64,000 nucleotides of DNA from an uncultured Parachlamydiaceae bacterium (GTDB lineage: Bacteria; Chlamydiota; Chlamydiia; Chlamydiales; Parachlamydiaceae): positions 217,809 to 281,808 of the forward strand of contig CAVVXH010000006.1 in the NCBI GenBank assembly GCA_963752155.1, in the 5' to 3' direction. The notes below the pieces were generated by a model. That model worked only from the letters and a program-made list of their open reading frames with translations, was not told the DNA's origin and ran no database searches. Positions 37,134-45,874 of the stretch are shown one piece after another; the first letter of the stretch is position 1, and each line of letters starts with the position of its first letter. The position numbers and the translations under genes are program-made.

Positions 37134-38921
37134 ATGGAACCATTAGATCCAAATGGATTGAGGAGGAGTGATAATTATGAACAGACATTGCCTCAAGAAC
37201 TCGAGAAAATAGATCCTAGAGGACTACCATTTAATGTATTTATGCACATTATAGATTTTCTAAATAATCCAGATATAAATAATCACCAAATCACCAGCAA
37301 ATTATCTATTGATCAAATCGATGAGTTTATTAATAAATCAAGTGAAAGAGGAACTCATTACATCAAGATTGCAATCGAACTTCTATGTAAAAAACTTGAC
37401 GTTAGTGATTTAAAAGAAAACATTTCAAATATCAGTTTAGACCAAATTAAAGAATCAAAAAACATAAGAGAAGTCAGGTCATCTATTTTAAAAACTGAGG
37501 ATCAATTAGTAAATTCTCTATCTAAATTAAACAATGAGGATTTAAATAGCCTGCTAAATTCTTGTCTAGAATCGGATAGAGACATTGAAAATTATAAAGA
37601 TATAATACCTTTAATTAAAGAAGTTATCAGTCAAACATTCGAACTAAAGGATATTTTTGATCCATTAAAATTTCAATCTAAAATTGAAAACACAAAAAGA
37701 ATTAAAAATTCTGAAGACAAAATAAATACTTTAGTTTCTATTCTTTTACCCTATATCTATAAAAATTTAGATGATTCGCCTGAATTTCAGAAATTGTGGA
37801 CTTCAATAAATACAGCTACTCTTTTTAACTCAGAAAAAGAACTTCATAATTTTTACTCCAAGGTGTCAATTGCAAAATTTGATAAAATAAATGATGGAGA
37901 AAAAAAATATGAAGAATTTTCGAAGATGTGGAACGGGCCAAATAAAAGTTTAGAGATGGTTGAGTTACTTCATAAAATTCCTTCTCCAGAGCGTATGGCA
38001 CTCGAAGTCGCAAGATTTGCTTTTAAACAAGGCGATGAAAATAAAGCACTTGAAGCTATTCAATTAAGTCGAATTAGCGAAAGATCTGAAGAGATCCTTT
38101 CATTCTGCCAACAATTATATAATGAAGGGAATTTTGATAAAATTTTGAAATTTCTTTCTTATTTACCTTCTCACCGCCCATGGCATTTTAGCTATGAAAA
38201 ATCTCTTCAGGCACTCATCTGGAAAATTATCATTGAGTTCATTGATCTAGGTAAATTCGATGAAGCTGAAATGCTAACAAATCACATTCTTTACATTCAA
38301 AATGATGAAATCTCTGAGGACAGCAAAAATGCACGAATAGAGATGCTTTGGAAAATGTCGGAACGACTGCTTCTTGCAAACAACAGGATCCCCGAAGGGA
38401 TGACCATTTTAGAGTCGATTTCAGATACACAAAAAGGAATCGTTTATTGTGCAGAATTGGCAAAAAAGCTCGCCCAGCAAGGCAAATACGATGAAGCTTT
38501 AAAATGTGCAGGTCTTATTGCTGATGTCCATGTAGGAATTGGAGGACCTCGGCAGCCGAAAGAAAAGTCTGAAGCTTTTTTTAAAATCTTTAATGTTCTT
38601 TTTGAAAGAGGACTTATAGAAAAAGCATTGGAAGTTGCAGAATCTATTGATAAATCCCCTTATAAGGATGAAGCCTTTAAATTAATTTCTCAAAAATATG
38701 CTGATCGATGCAAATATGTAGAAGCAGTAAAAATTGCTCTCCTCATTGAAGATAAAAAAATTGGAAGCCAAGCCTTTGTATATATTTGTAGAAAGCTTTA
38801 TTGGAGAAATGAATTCGAATTTGCTAAAATCGTCGCAAATAGCATAGAAATCGATGAAGATAAAAAACAAACTTTAGAAGCTATAAAAACGGCAATGGAG
38901 CAACCAAAAAATCGCAAATAG
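37134..38921 (+). CDS. Paralog 3 of the tandem family (595 aa, more diverged)
   Basis: AGGAGG SD. Collinear with paralogs 1 and 2 (e.g. HYIK.A.ELLCK, DIIPLIKEV, LHKIPSPER.ALEVA.FAFK.GD, IVANSIEIDEDK). Confidence 0.8.
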   Translation: MEPLDPNGLRRSDNYEQTLPQELEKIDPRGLPFNVFMHIIDFLNNPDINNHQITSKLSIDQIDEFINKSSERGTHYIKIAIELLCKKLDVSDLKENISNISLDQIKESKNIREVRSSILKTEDQLVNSLSKLNNEDLNSLLNSCLESDRDIENYKDIIPLIKEVISQTFELKDIFDPLKFQSKIENTKRIKNSEDKINTLVSILLPYIYKNLDDSPEFQKLWTSINTATLFNSEKELHNFYSKVSIAKFDKINDGEKKYEEFSKMWNGPNKSLEMVELLHKIPSPERMALEVARFAFKQGDENKALEAIQLSRISERSEEILSFCQQLYNEGNFDKILKFLSYLPSHRPWHFSYEKSLQALIWKIIIEFIDLGKFDEAEMLTNHILYIQNDEISEDSKNARIEMLWKMSERLLLANNRIPEGMTILESISDTQKGIVYCAELAKKLAQQGKYDEALKCAGLIADVHVGIGGPRQPKEKSEAFFKIFNVLFERGLIEKALEVAESIDKSPYKDEAFKLISQKYADRCKYVEAVKIALLIEDKKIGSQAFVYICRKLYWRNEFEFAKIVANSIEIDEDKKQTLEAIKTAMEQPKNRK

Positions 38922-39632
38922 TACCTTAAGTATATTCTGCAGGATTTGTTTTGCTAACTGTAAATCAAGATATTTTTCATCGTCATTTCCAAGATAACCT
39001 TGAAATGCCGATTTCAACTCCTCACTTGCTGCTGCAGGGTCCATTGATTCGCTTTTCACAGCCTGGTAAAGTCTATTACGCGTTTCAATGACGTTACTCA
39101 CAGCACTTCGGTCGTTAAGCAATGCCTTAAGGAGCTCGGTTGAAGCTAAATATACCCTAATTTGAGTCGTTTTTTTCAATGTGATATAGTTCAGGAGAGA
39201 ATCATATCCTTCAGGGACAGTATATTCCATTGCTTCTTCAGCGACTTCCGCTTCATCTTCTTGACTCTCACCATCATTAGGATTAATGGTTAAGGGTCTT
39301 TCTATGACTAACACCGATTGTTTAGCCTCTGTTTCTCTGGGACATCCTTTAAGCATTAAATAGAAAACCTCTTTTAGTTCAGGTCCGAGATCGAGATTAG
39401 AAAGATCAATAGTGCTTTTAAGTTTTTGCGTCTTGGGTAACGCGTCAGCAGCTTGGATGAGTTTTTCGATGATAAGATCCATAAAATGTGGATTTTTCGC
39501 TTCAGCTTCTTTGAAAAATGTTTTGTCGCCATATAAGCTTCTCATCAGATCTTTAGTCCACTTAACTGTTTTTTCAAAAAGTTCAGGATTTTTTTTTCTT
39601 TCTGTTTCATCAATAAGAACATGAAAGCTCAA
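38874..39632 (-). CDS. Hypothetical acidic protein (TTG start overlapping the upstream stop)
   Basis: ORF with TTG start at 39632 overlapping the TGA of 39629..39991 (TTGA). Its 3' end overlaps paralog 3 by 48 nt. Confidence 0.45.
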   Translation of the reverse strand: MSFHVLIDETERKKNPELFEKTVKWTKDLMRSLYGDKTFFKEAEAKNPHFMDLIIEKLIQAADALPKTQKLKSTIDLSNLDLGPELKEVFYLMLKGCPRETEAKQSVLVIERPLTINPNDGESQEDEAEVAEEAMEYTVPEGYDSLLNYITLKKTTQIRVYLASTELLKALLNDRSAVSNVIETRNRLYQAVKSESMDPAAASEELKSAFQGYLGNDDEKYLDLQLAKQILQNILKVLFAIFWLLHCRFYSF

Positions 39633-39991
39633 ACGAGATAAAGATTTGCCTGGACTTTTCCCTTTGGTGGGATTCTAGGCTTAGATTTAGTACTGGCCAT
39701 CGTCGTTTTATACCAATCTATGGCCTTTTCACTAGTATAAGAACGTTCAACCGAACTCATATAGCGCTCAAATTGAGCATCCATGCCAAGGAAATAACGA
39801 AAACCATCTAATTTGGCGTAAGTTAAGAGAGATAAGATCATTAGAAGTGAAGTAACAAATAATAAGACATTCATACAATAATAGTATCTATTGTGCACAT
39901 TTCTGATCAAATGAAATCTTCCGCTATGTATAGGGGTCATCGACCCAAAAATTAAATATTTTGCAAAAGTCTGTTTTTTCACGTTTTGCAA
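39629..39991 (-). CDS. Hypothetical small membrane protein
   Basis: One hydrophobic segment, MNVLLFVTSLLMILSLLTY. The true start may be this internal Met (about 39874). Confidence 0.4.
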   Translation of the reverse strand: MQNVKKQTFAKYLIFGSMTPIHSGRFHLIRNVHNRYYYCMNVLLFVTSLLMILSLLTYAKLDGFRYFLGMDAQFERYMSSVERSYTSEKAIDWYKTTMASTKSKPRIPPKGKVQANLYLV

Positions 39992-40064
39992 TTCACCCTT
40001 TTTGTAGTAGAATAACGATTGGGTTCATTGTATATGCCCAGTCCCTTACTTTAGGTTCAGATAA

Positions 40065-41264
40065 ATGCTTTTTAAAACTCGGTATAACGTTCTTTCAGCT
40101 ATTTTTATTCTATATTTTCTCCCTTTGACTGCATTAGGATTGTATTGCAGCAGTAAAGGTCTTGGAATTAATTGGATGATTGTCACTGTAGGGTTATTGT
40201 TAACAGCATTGGGATCACTCTGTTTGTTTTTATTGATGCAATATTGGGAAAATGAATTGAGAATTAAAACGGAAGATGAACCTCCATTGGATAAGGCCCC
40301 TATAGCAACCCTTGAAGAGATCGCTGACCTTCAACAGCAGATCGAAAAATTAGAACAACAGATTCTGGGACTGGAAACCCAAAAAATAGATCTGACTCAG
40401 CAAATCGAACAATTCCAGCTTGAGCTAAATGATGGTGAAAGAATTGTCTTTGATCTAAAACTTCAGAAAGATCAGTTACAAAAAATTACAGATACATTAC
40501 GCAACGAACTCCATCAAGTCAAAGAAACTTCAGAAGAAAAACTCGAGCAAAATCAAATTTTTCTTCGCGAACATCAACAGACGATTAATGAGCAACGTCA
40601 GGTCATCGAGGTAAAGCAACAGCATATTCAACAGCTTGACGATAAGGTGCGGGATTTAACCTATGAAATTAAAACTTTGCTACATTTAGCAGAGAAATCA
40701 CAAATTCAAGATCAAAAGAATTTTACCCTCAATCCTCTTCAACCTGAAAATGGTATTGAGGCATCAGTACAACCATTTATTCATAATCCACAAGTCGGTA
40801 AAGAATCTTTGGCAAGCTCTCACCTTAAGCATTGTATCGATATTGCTCAAAAAATGACAGGAGCTAGCCATTATGGCAATCGATCGGGAAAAAGGGCTGA
40901 ACTCTCCGCAGAGCATTACGTTCTCGATCTTCGCTGCCTTATCGATAGCCTGAGAAACGAAAATAGCTGTGCGATATTAATTTATTCTCAGAAAGAAAAT
41001 AAGATTATTTTTGCCAACAATCAAATTAAACCTTTGCTGGGGTGGAATTCAGAAAAATTCATTCAGAATTTTCCTACGATTATAGAGGAAAGTGCAACTG
41101 ATTGGAATGCTGCCCTATCTCAACTAGCTTATAAAAATGAATGCCAAACAGATTTATTAATGAGATCTAAAAATGGAGCTATGGTGCAAGTTAATTGTCA
41201 ATTAGGCGTAATTGCAACAGGTATCTTCCGAAGCAATATCCTTGCTTTGTTGTATACTCGGTAA
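40065..41264 (+). CDS. Membrane protein with an Inc-like bilobed hydrophobic N-terminus, a long coiled coil and a PAS-like C-terminal region
   Basis: VLSAIFILYFLPLTALGLYC + short loop + WMIVTVGLLLTALGSLCLFLLMQYW. A Q/E/L-rich heptad region follows. Confidence 0.6.
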   Translation: MLFKTRYNVLSAIFILYFLPLTALGLYCSSKGLGINWMIVTVGLLLTALGSLCLFLLMQYWENELRIKTEDEPPLDKAPIATLEEIADLQQQIEKLEQQILGLETQKIDLTQQIEQFQLELNDGERIVFDLKLQKDQLQKITDTLRNELHQVKETSEEKLEQNQIFLREHQQTINEQRQVIEVKQQHIQQLDDKVRDLTYEIKTLLHLAEKSQIQDQKNFTLNPLQPENGIEASVQPFIHNPQVGKESLASSHLKHCIDIAQKMTGASHYGNRSGKRAELSAEHYVLDLRCLIDSLRNENSCAILIYSQKENKIIFANNQIKPLLGWNSEKFIQNFPTIIEESATDWNAALSQLAYKNECQTDLLMRSKNGAMVQVNCQLGVIATGIFRSNILALLYTR

Positions 41265-41278
41265 TAAGGATAGTTAAT

Positions 41279-41431
41279 TCAAGCCTTACTTTCTTTTCTT
41301 TTTTTGTCCATACTTCGTTTCCAACCTTCAGCAGTTTGAATTTTATTTGGTTTAATGTGAAGTGATTCCACACTTTCTACAGTTGGGCCTTTTAATTCTT
41401 CAGACTTAGATGATTTTTTCTTATGTATCAT
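41279..41431 (-). CDS. Candidate 50-aa lysine-rich small protein (below the ORF-track cutoff)
   Basis: GGAGG 5 nt upstream of the ATG at 41431. Hand translation: MIHKKKSSKSEELKGPTVESVESLHIKPNKIQTAEGWKRSMDKKRKESKA. Confidence 0.3.
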   Translation of the reverse strand: MIHKKKSSKSEELKGPTVESVESLHIKPNKIQTAEGWKRSMDKKRKESKA

Positions 41432-41550
41432 GATAGCCTCCTTTTAGCGCAGCCAAATCCCTAGTTGCAAATTCGATGCCAAAAGTTATGGTTTCCAATT
41501 ACTATTTCTGATACTATGAGTAAAAACTTGTTTTAAAAATTGGAGAAATC

Positions 41551-42591
41551 ATGATTTTTTTTAAAAATTCATTTAACTATTTATGTCTACTTTTGCTTTT
41601 AACATGTTCATTAGGAGCAAAAGTAACTTTTAATATCGAACATCAACCTGCAGCTTTGGAAAAAGCTATAAGCTTACCTTGCTCTGGAGTATTAAAGAAA
41701 AATGATAAAGGTCTCGTGTATTTAGATGTTTCCAATGAATTTATCTCTTTGGCTGATAGGATAGATTTACCCGGACGACTTCAACTTCCTCCCATAAAAT
41801 CTAAATCTATAGGTGCCCATATTCCTGTCTTTTTAGCTTCCGAAAACGTCACTCCTGAAGAATTAGGAATTGAAATTCCCTTCAGTGTAACAGAGATCAG
41901 AAGTTCTTTAGTGAAGTCAAAAGAGGGGATATTTAAGCCCTGGGAAATTGCCGTCGATTCTTCAGCTTTAAGTGATCTAAGACAAAAATACGGCTGCTCA
42001 CCAGATATAAAAGGCGATTTTTGCATCCGAATCGGTAAGCAATTTCCTGTTGCACCCGAAGGATCTGAAAATATTGAGACCCTTTCCATCTATAATTTCT
42101 CAGAAGAGCCTACTTTACCTATGGCTTCAAAAGGGGATTTTGTCACTGTCCTCAACGAAGAAATGCTCGCCACGGCAATCAAAGTGGATGCTATCGGACA
42201 ACTACGCTTAAAAAATAATGGATTCGTCTATCTGGACGTTGAGAATGATTTTATCAAGTCTATTACTCCTTTTCTAGAAATTAAAGGAGACTTTGCTCCC
42301 TTATCGATAAAAGGTAAAGCCATGGGAGCACACATTAGTGTCCTTCATGAAAACGAAACGATCACCAACGAAATTTGGACCCTTCAAAATGCCGGAGAAT
42401 GGTTTCACTTTAAGGTTAAAGAGCTTCGTTATGTCGACAGAAAAACCGAAAAAGGGTTGCAACGGTTGTGGCTGCTTGCTGTAGATTCTCCAGCTCTTCA
42501 ACGTTTGCGTTCAAGCTATGGCCTAAAGCCAAAGCTTCAGGGACATGATTTCCATATCACCATTGGGACCGAGAAGTGCGCAAGCTTTTGA
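41551..42591 (+). CDS. Secreted protein with tandem 2H-phosphoesterase-like domains (C-terminal domain intact, N-terminal degenerate)
   Basis: GGAGAA SD and signal peptide. Internal duplication. The second half carries two H-x-[ST]-x motifs (GAHISVL, FHITIG); the first half has AHIPVF and FCIRIG at the equivalent positions. Confidence 0.5.
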   Translation: MIFFKNSFNYLCLLLLLTCSLGAKVTFNIEHQPAALEKAISLPCSGVLKKNDKGLVYLDVSNEFISLADRIDLPGRLQLPPIKSKSIGAHIPVFLASENVTPEELGIEIPFSVTEIRSSLVKSKEGIFKPWEIAVDSSALSDLRQKYGCSPDIKGDFCIRIGKQFPVAPEGSENIETLSIYNFSEEPTLPMASKGDFVTVLNEEMLATAIKVDAIGQLRLKNNGFVYLDVENDFIKSITPFLEIKGDFAPLSIKGKAMGAHISVLHENETITNEIWTLQNAGEWFHFKVKELRYVDRKTEKGLQRLWLLAVDSPALQRLRSSYGLKPKLQGHDFHITIGTEKCASF

Positions 42592-42617
42592 AAAAATTAA
42601 CAGGAACTGCTACTCCT

Positions 42618-44001
42618 TCAGCTGTTCCATAAGCGTTTTAATGTTTCAAATTGAGCACGTGGGATTCTACGATCAGGAATAAAGGGGTAAGGGAAATCTG
42701 AGGGGCTTGCACGTTCCAATTCTACAGCGTTGATTCCAAAACCTGCTTCATCCCAGCACCCTCCAGGAAAATTGACATTAACCCCTGAGGAGGGTTGCTG
42801 GGCATTTTTACTTTGTTTTCCTCCACAACTTACTTTCCAATATTCATCTTGCCATTCAAACACAATGCCTCCAAAAACAAGAGGCGCGTGATCTAAAATA
42901 TCTTTCCAATGCCCTTCAATATAATCTGAAACATGTCTTGAATCTAAAATGGCCAAAGAACCTGTCGGACAAGTTTGAAGGAGGTTCTTATGATCTTGAA
43001 AACTGCAGGGAAGCATCCCTTGATCAATCATTTCTTGCCTTGTAGTAGAAGGAGCACCAATATTCTGTAATAATCAAGGGTTTATTCGTATATTTTTTAT
43101 ACTCAACAAATAAGTTTCCTTCTCCTTGACCAAAAATGATTAAATCCTGGTTGAACGCTTCCTCGATAGCAATTAATCCCCCAAATATCAATATTTGAAA
43201 CATCGACATTAAGTTGATTCACCCATCGAAGAGTTTCCATACCATCATCGATGAGTGCTACCATCGTGAGCTTATTTGGAGCAATCTCTTTTAACTGTCC
43301 AGCTAAAGTGTTCAGGTAATTCCAGTATTTTGGATTCGTGCGATTTTGCGCGAATTCAATTCATTGCCTAAAATCTACCGAAAAACAGCATCATGTTCTC
43401 CATATTTTCTTGCAATTTCAAGATAAGCTTCCGCGTCTGACATTCTGCGCTCTTCGGCTGTTTGAGATTTTAACCAGCTAAATCCAGGTTCTGATCGATC
43501 ATCCTCGACCCAGTATTTATCAGAAGCTTTCACAAACCAATCTCCATCGGGTTTTCCCTTTGCAACTTTATAGCGAAAAATGCTGTTGCTAATAGGATAA
43601 GAAACCCAAACATAAATTGGTTTTTTTCCTTTATTGTAAGCTAAATCAAAAAAATTCTTATGGTTACGAGGTTCAAGCTGACCCCTTCTAGGGTGCCAAA
43701 AGGAAACAGACATAAATGGAATCTATTTGACTCCCATCTCCCTCATTCTTTTCAAAATCTATCTTGTGTAACAGGATTGAAAAAATCGAAAAAAACGTCC
43801 CCAATTTTATCATCGTCATCAAGAGGCGCCGATCGGAATGGGAGAATAGTTCACACCCTGAACCGTAAAGGGGCGATCATTTACATGAAGACCTTGGTCT
43901 GTGATTTTGAAATCTGTTGTGGATTCGGCTTCCAGAGAACATAAAAAAAATCCTATACTTACTACAGCAATAAATGCCCTTAACTGATAAACTATCGACA
44001 T
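42618..44001 (-). pseudogene. Decayed clan GH-A (TIM-barrel) glycoside hydrolase gene
   Basis: Collinear fragments in different frames: signal peptide + VNDRPFTVQGVNYSP (43819..44001), 43375..43713, NPKYWNYLNTLAGQLKE... (43210-43370), PLIITEYWCS (43024..43209), and GGIVFEWQDEYW (42618..43031). Confidence 0.7.
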
Positions 44002-44151
44002 CCTTCCTCCACTGCTTATTTACACAACCCATAAACTTATGGGTTTTTTGAAGCAAGAAATATATAAATATATTAGCTTTCTAAAAGAAACAACCATAGA
44101 GGAATGAGTTTACACTCTATAGCAAGTTTCTTACTGGTAATGTCTTAGTGA

Positions 44152-45371
44152 TTATAAATGCTTCAGCCTGAGGAAACAATTCTTTTGCTTCTTCATTGTT
44201 TTAAGCTCTCGATTAAATACTTCAGGAGAATCTAATTTTCCTGTAACTACCTGCCAGATTGTGATTGTGTCCCCTTCCCTTACGATAAAATCAATTTCGA
44301 CTGCACTTTCCAATTCCACAAATACATCATCATCAAATGCTTCGCGTAAGCCAAAGCACACCATAGGATTCTCAGACGGAAGACGTCCCTCATCAGTTGA
44401 ATGAGCAAGACTAACAACATTGCTGTAGTTCTCCTAGGTCCATGGCATGAATTTTTTGAGGATGGCGTCGTCGTATGGCTGCTTTTGAGGCTAAAAAAAG
44501 GGAGGGTTTCAATCAGAAGTCAAAAGATTCTCTCTTAAGATAACGACAGTAGCTTGTAGCAATTCGGTGGAAATTTGAAAATATTCGCAATCCTTTGAAA
44601 CGAGACAAGATTTCCTGTTTGCGTAAGTAAATGAACCGCTATATTGCGCAATAAAACTGGATCGCGGATATTATACCGTAAAACGATGTCCTTATATAAA
44701 ATATCATCAAAATACTGCTTCAAAAGATTTTGTTTATGCTCTATCGTCTTTGCAAGTGTTACCGCTGGAAACCCACCCCATTGTTGATAGTCATTAAGTG
44801 CTTGACGGATAACAGCTGAAGCTTTCACCGATAAACGATGCTTCGGAATTGGAATTTGATGGAATTCAAATATTCGGTAAAGTTTAGAGGTGATACTTCA
44901 AATGAAAGATGACGTCCTGTCAGTAATGTGGCGATCTCTCGAGACATCAACTTTGCAGAAGATCCAGTGATAAAAATTTTAATATTTTCAGTTTGACTTC
45001 TGGCGCGACCCAACGTTCCCATTCAGGGACATTCTGAATTTCATCCAGAAATAAATAAGTTTTTCCTGTGGAAAAACATGCTCTCGATAAATATCATAAA
45101 TTTCATCTAATCCTTCAAGGGTTAAGAATGGGATTAATTGCGGTTCTTCAAAATTAATATGCAAGCATCGCTTGTTGGGACACACCATCCTTTTCTAGTA
45201 GTCCATAATTTGATATAACATAGTGCTTTTACCTGAACGACGAGGTCCTACTAAAACAATCATTTCTGAGGTATTTATATAGGGCAGAATTTTTCTCGTC
45301 ATTTGTCGAAAAATTCCACTATTAAGTAAATTGGAGCCCCAACGATTCCACATAAAAAGAGTATTTATCAT
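44152..45371 (-). pseudogene. Decayed AAA_14/DUF4143 ATPase gene (paralog type of 8935..10260)
   Basis: Hand translation from ATG 45371 gives MINTLFMW...LVGPRRSGKST, then stops and frameshifts. The remaining fragments (44988..45188, 44825..45022, 44535..44828, 44152..44364) are collinear with the family. Confidence 0.75.
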
Positions 45372-45457
45372 GAAAATTTAACCACTATAACAGTTGAATA
45401 TGACCTATATATAACCGTTATAACCGATGAATGCAAGCATATAGTGGCAGGCCTTAG

Positions 45458-45754
45458 ATCTGGCGCTATTTCAAGTTGACTTGGTAAAATTTTTTTGGAG
45501 TGCGTGTGGCTCTGCCACCGCAGAACGCAGCCTCTATACGAGTCATGCCGGTAGACGTTGCCTCCACTAACTCATACTCATACTATCGTTGTTACAATTT
45601 GAATTCTCCTTTGTTGTAGCGGTTAGAAAACTTGCTTGAGTTCTATCGAGGCTACGTCTACCGGCATGACTCGTATAGAGGCTGCGTTCTGCGGTGGCAG
45701 AGCCACACGCACTCCAAAAAATTTTTATCGAGTCAACTTGAAATAGCGCCAGAT
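45458..45754 (+). repeat. Family B long-arm palindromic element, copy B1
   Basis: ~107-nt arms, ~95% complementary by eye (ATCTGGCGCTATTTCAAGTTGAC...GCCGGTAGACGTTGCCTC / GAGGCTACGTCTACCGGC...GTCAACTTGAAATAGCGCCAGAT), around an ~83-nt core. Confidence 0.9.
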
Positions 45755-45874
45755 TTCGCTAGATTCCAAAAAATTGTTCTGATTTCATATGCCCTGGCAG
45801 GCCACGCCAAATCATTTGACAAAATTTTTGAAGTAAAGGATAAGAAAACTTGGTCATTTTAATGGAAGCTTGCT

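Noticed and set aside
45632-45862. ORFs 45632..45862 and 48950..49135, which share the N-terminus MLEFY.GYV.RHDSYRGCVLRWQSH.HSKKFL
   Set aside because: Both lie inside the right arms of the family B palindromes. The shared sequence is simply the repeat translated. There is no SD site, and the frames diverge where the repeat ends.
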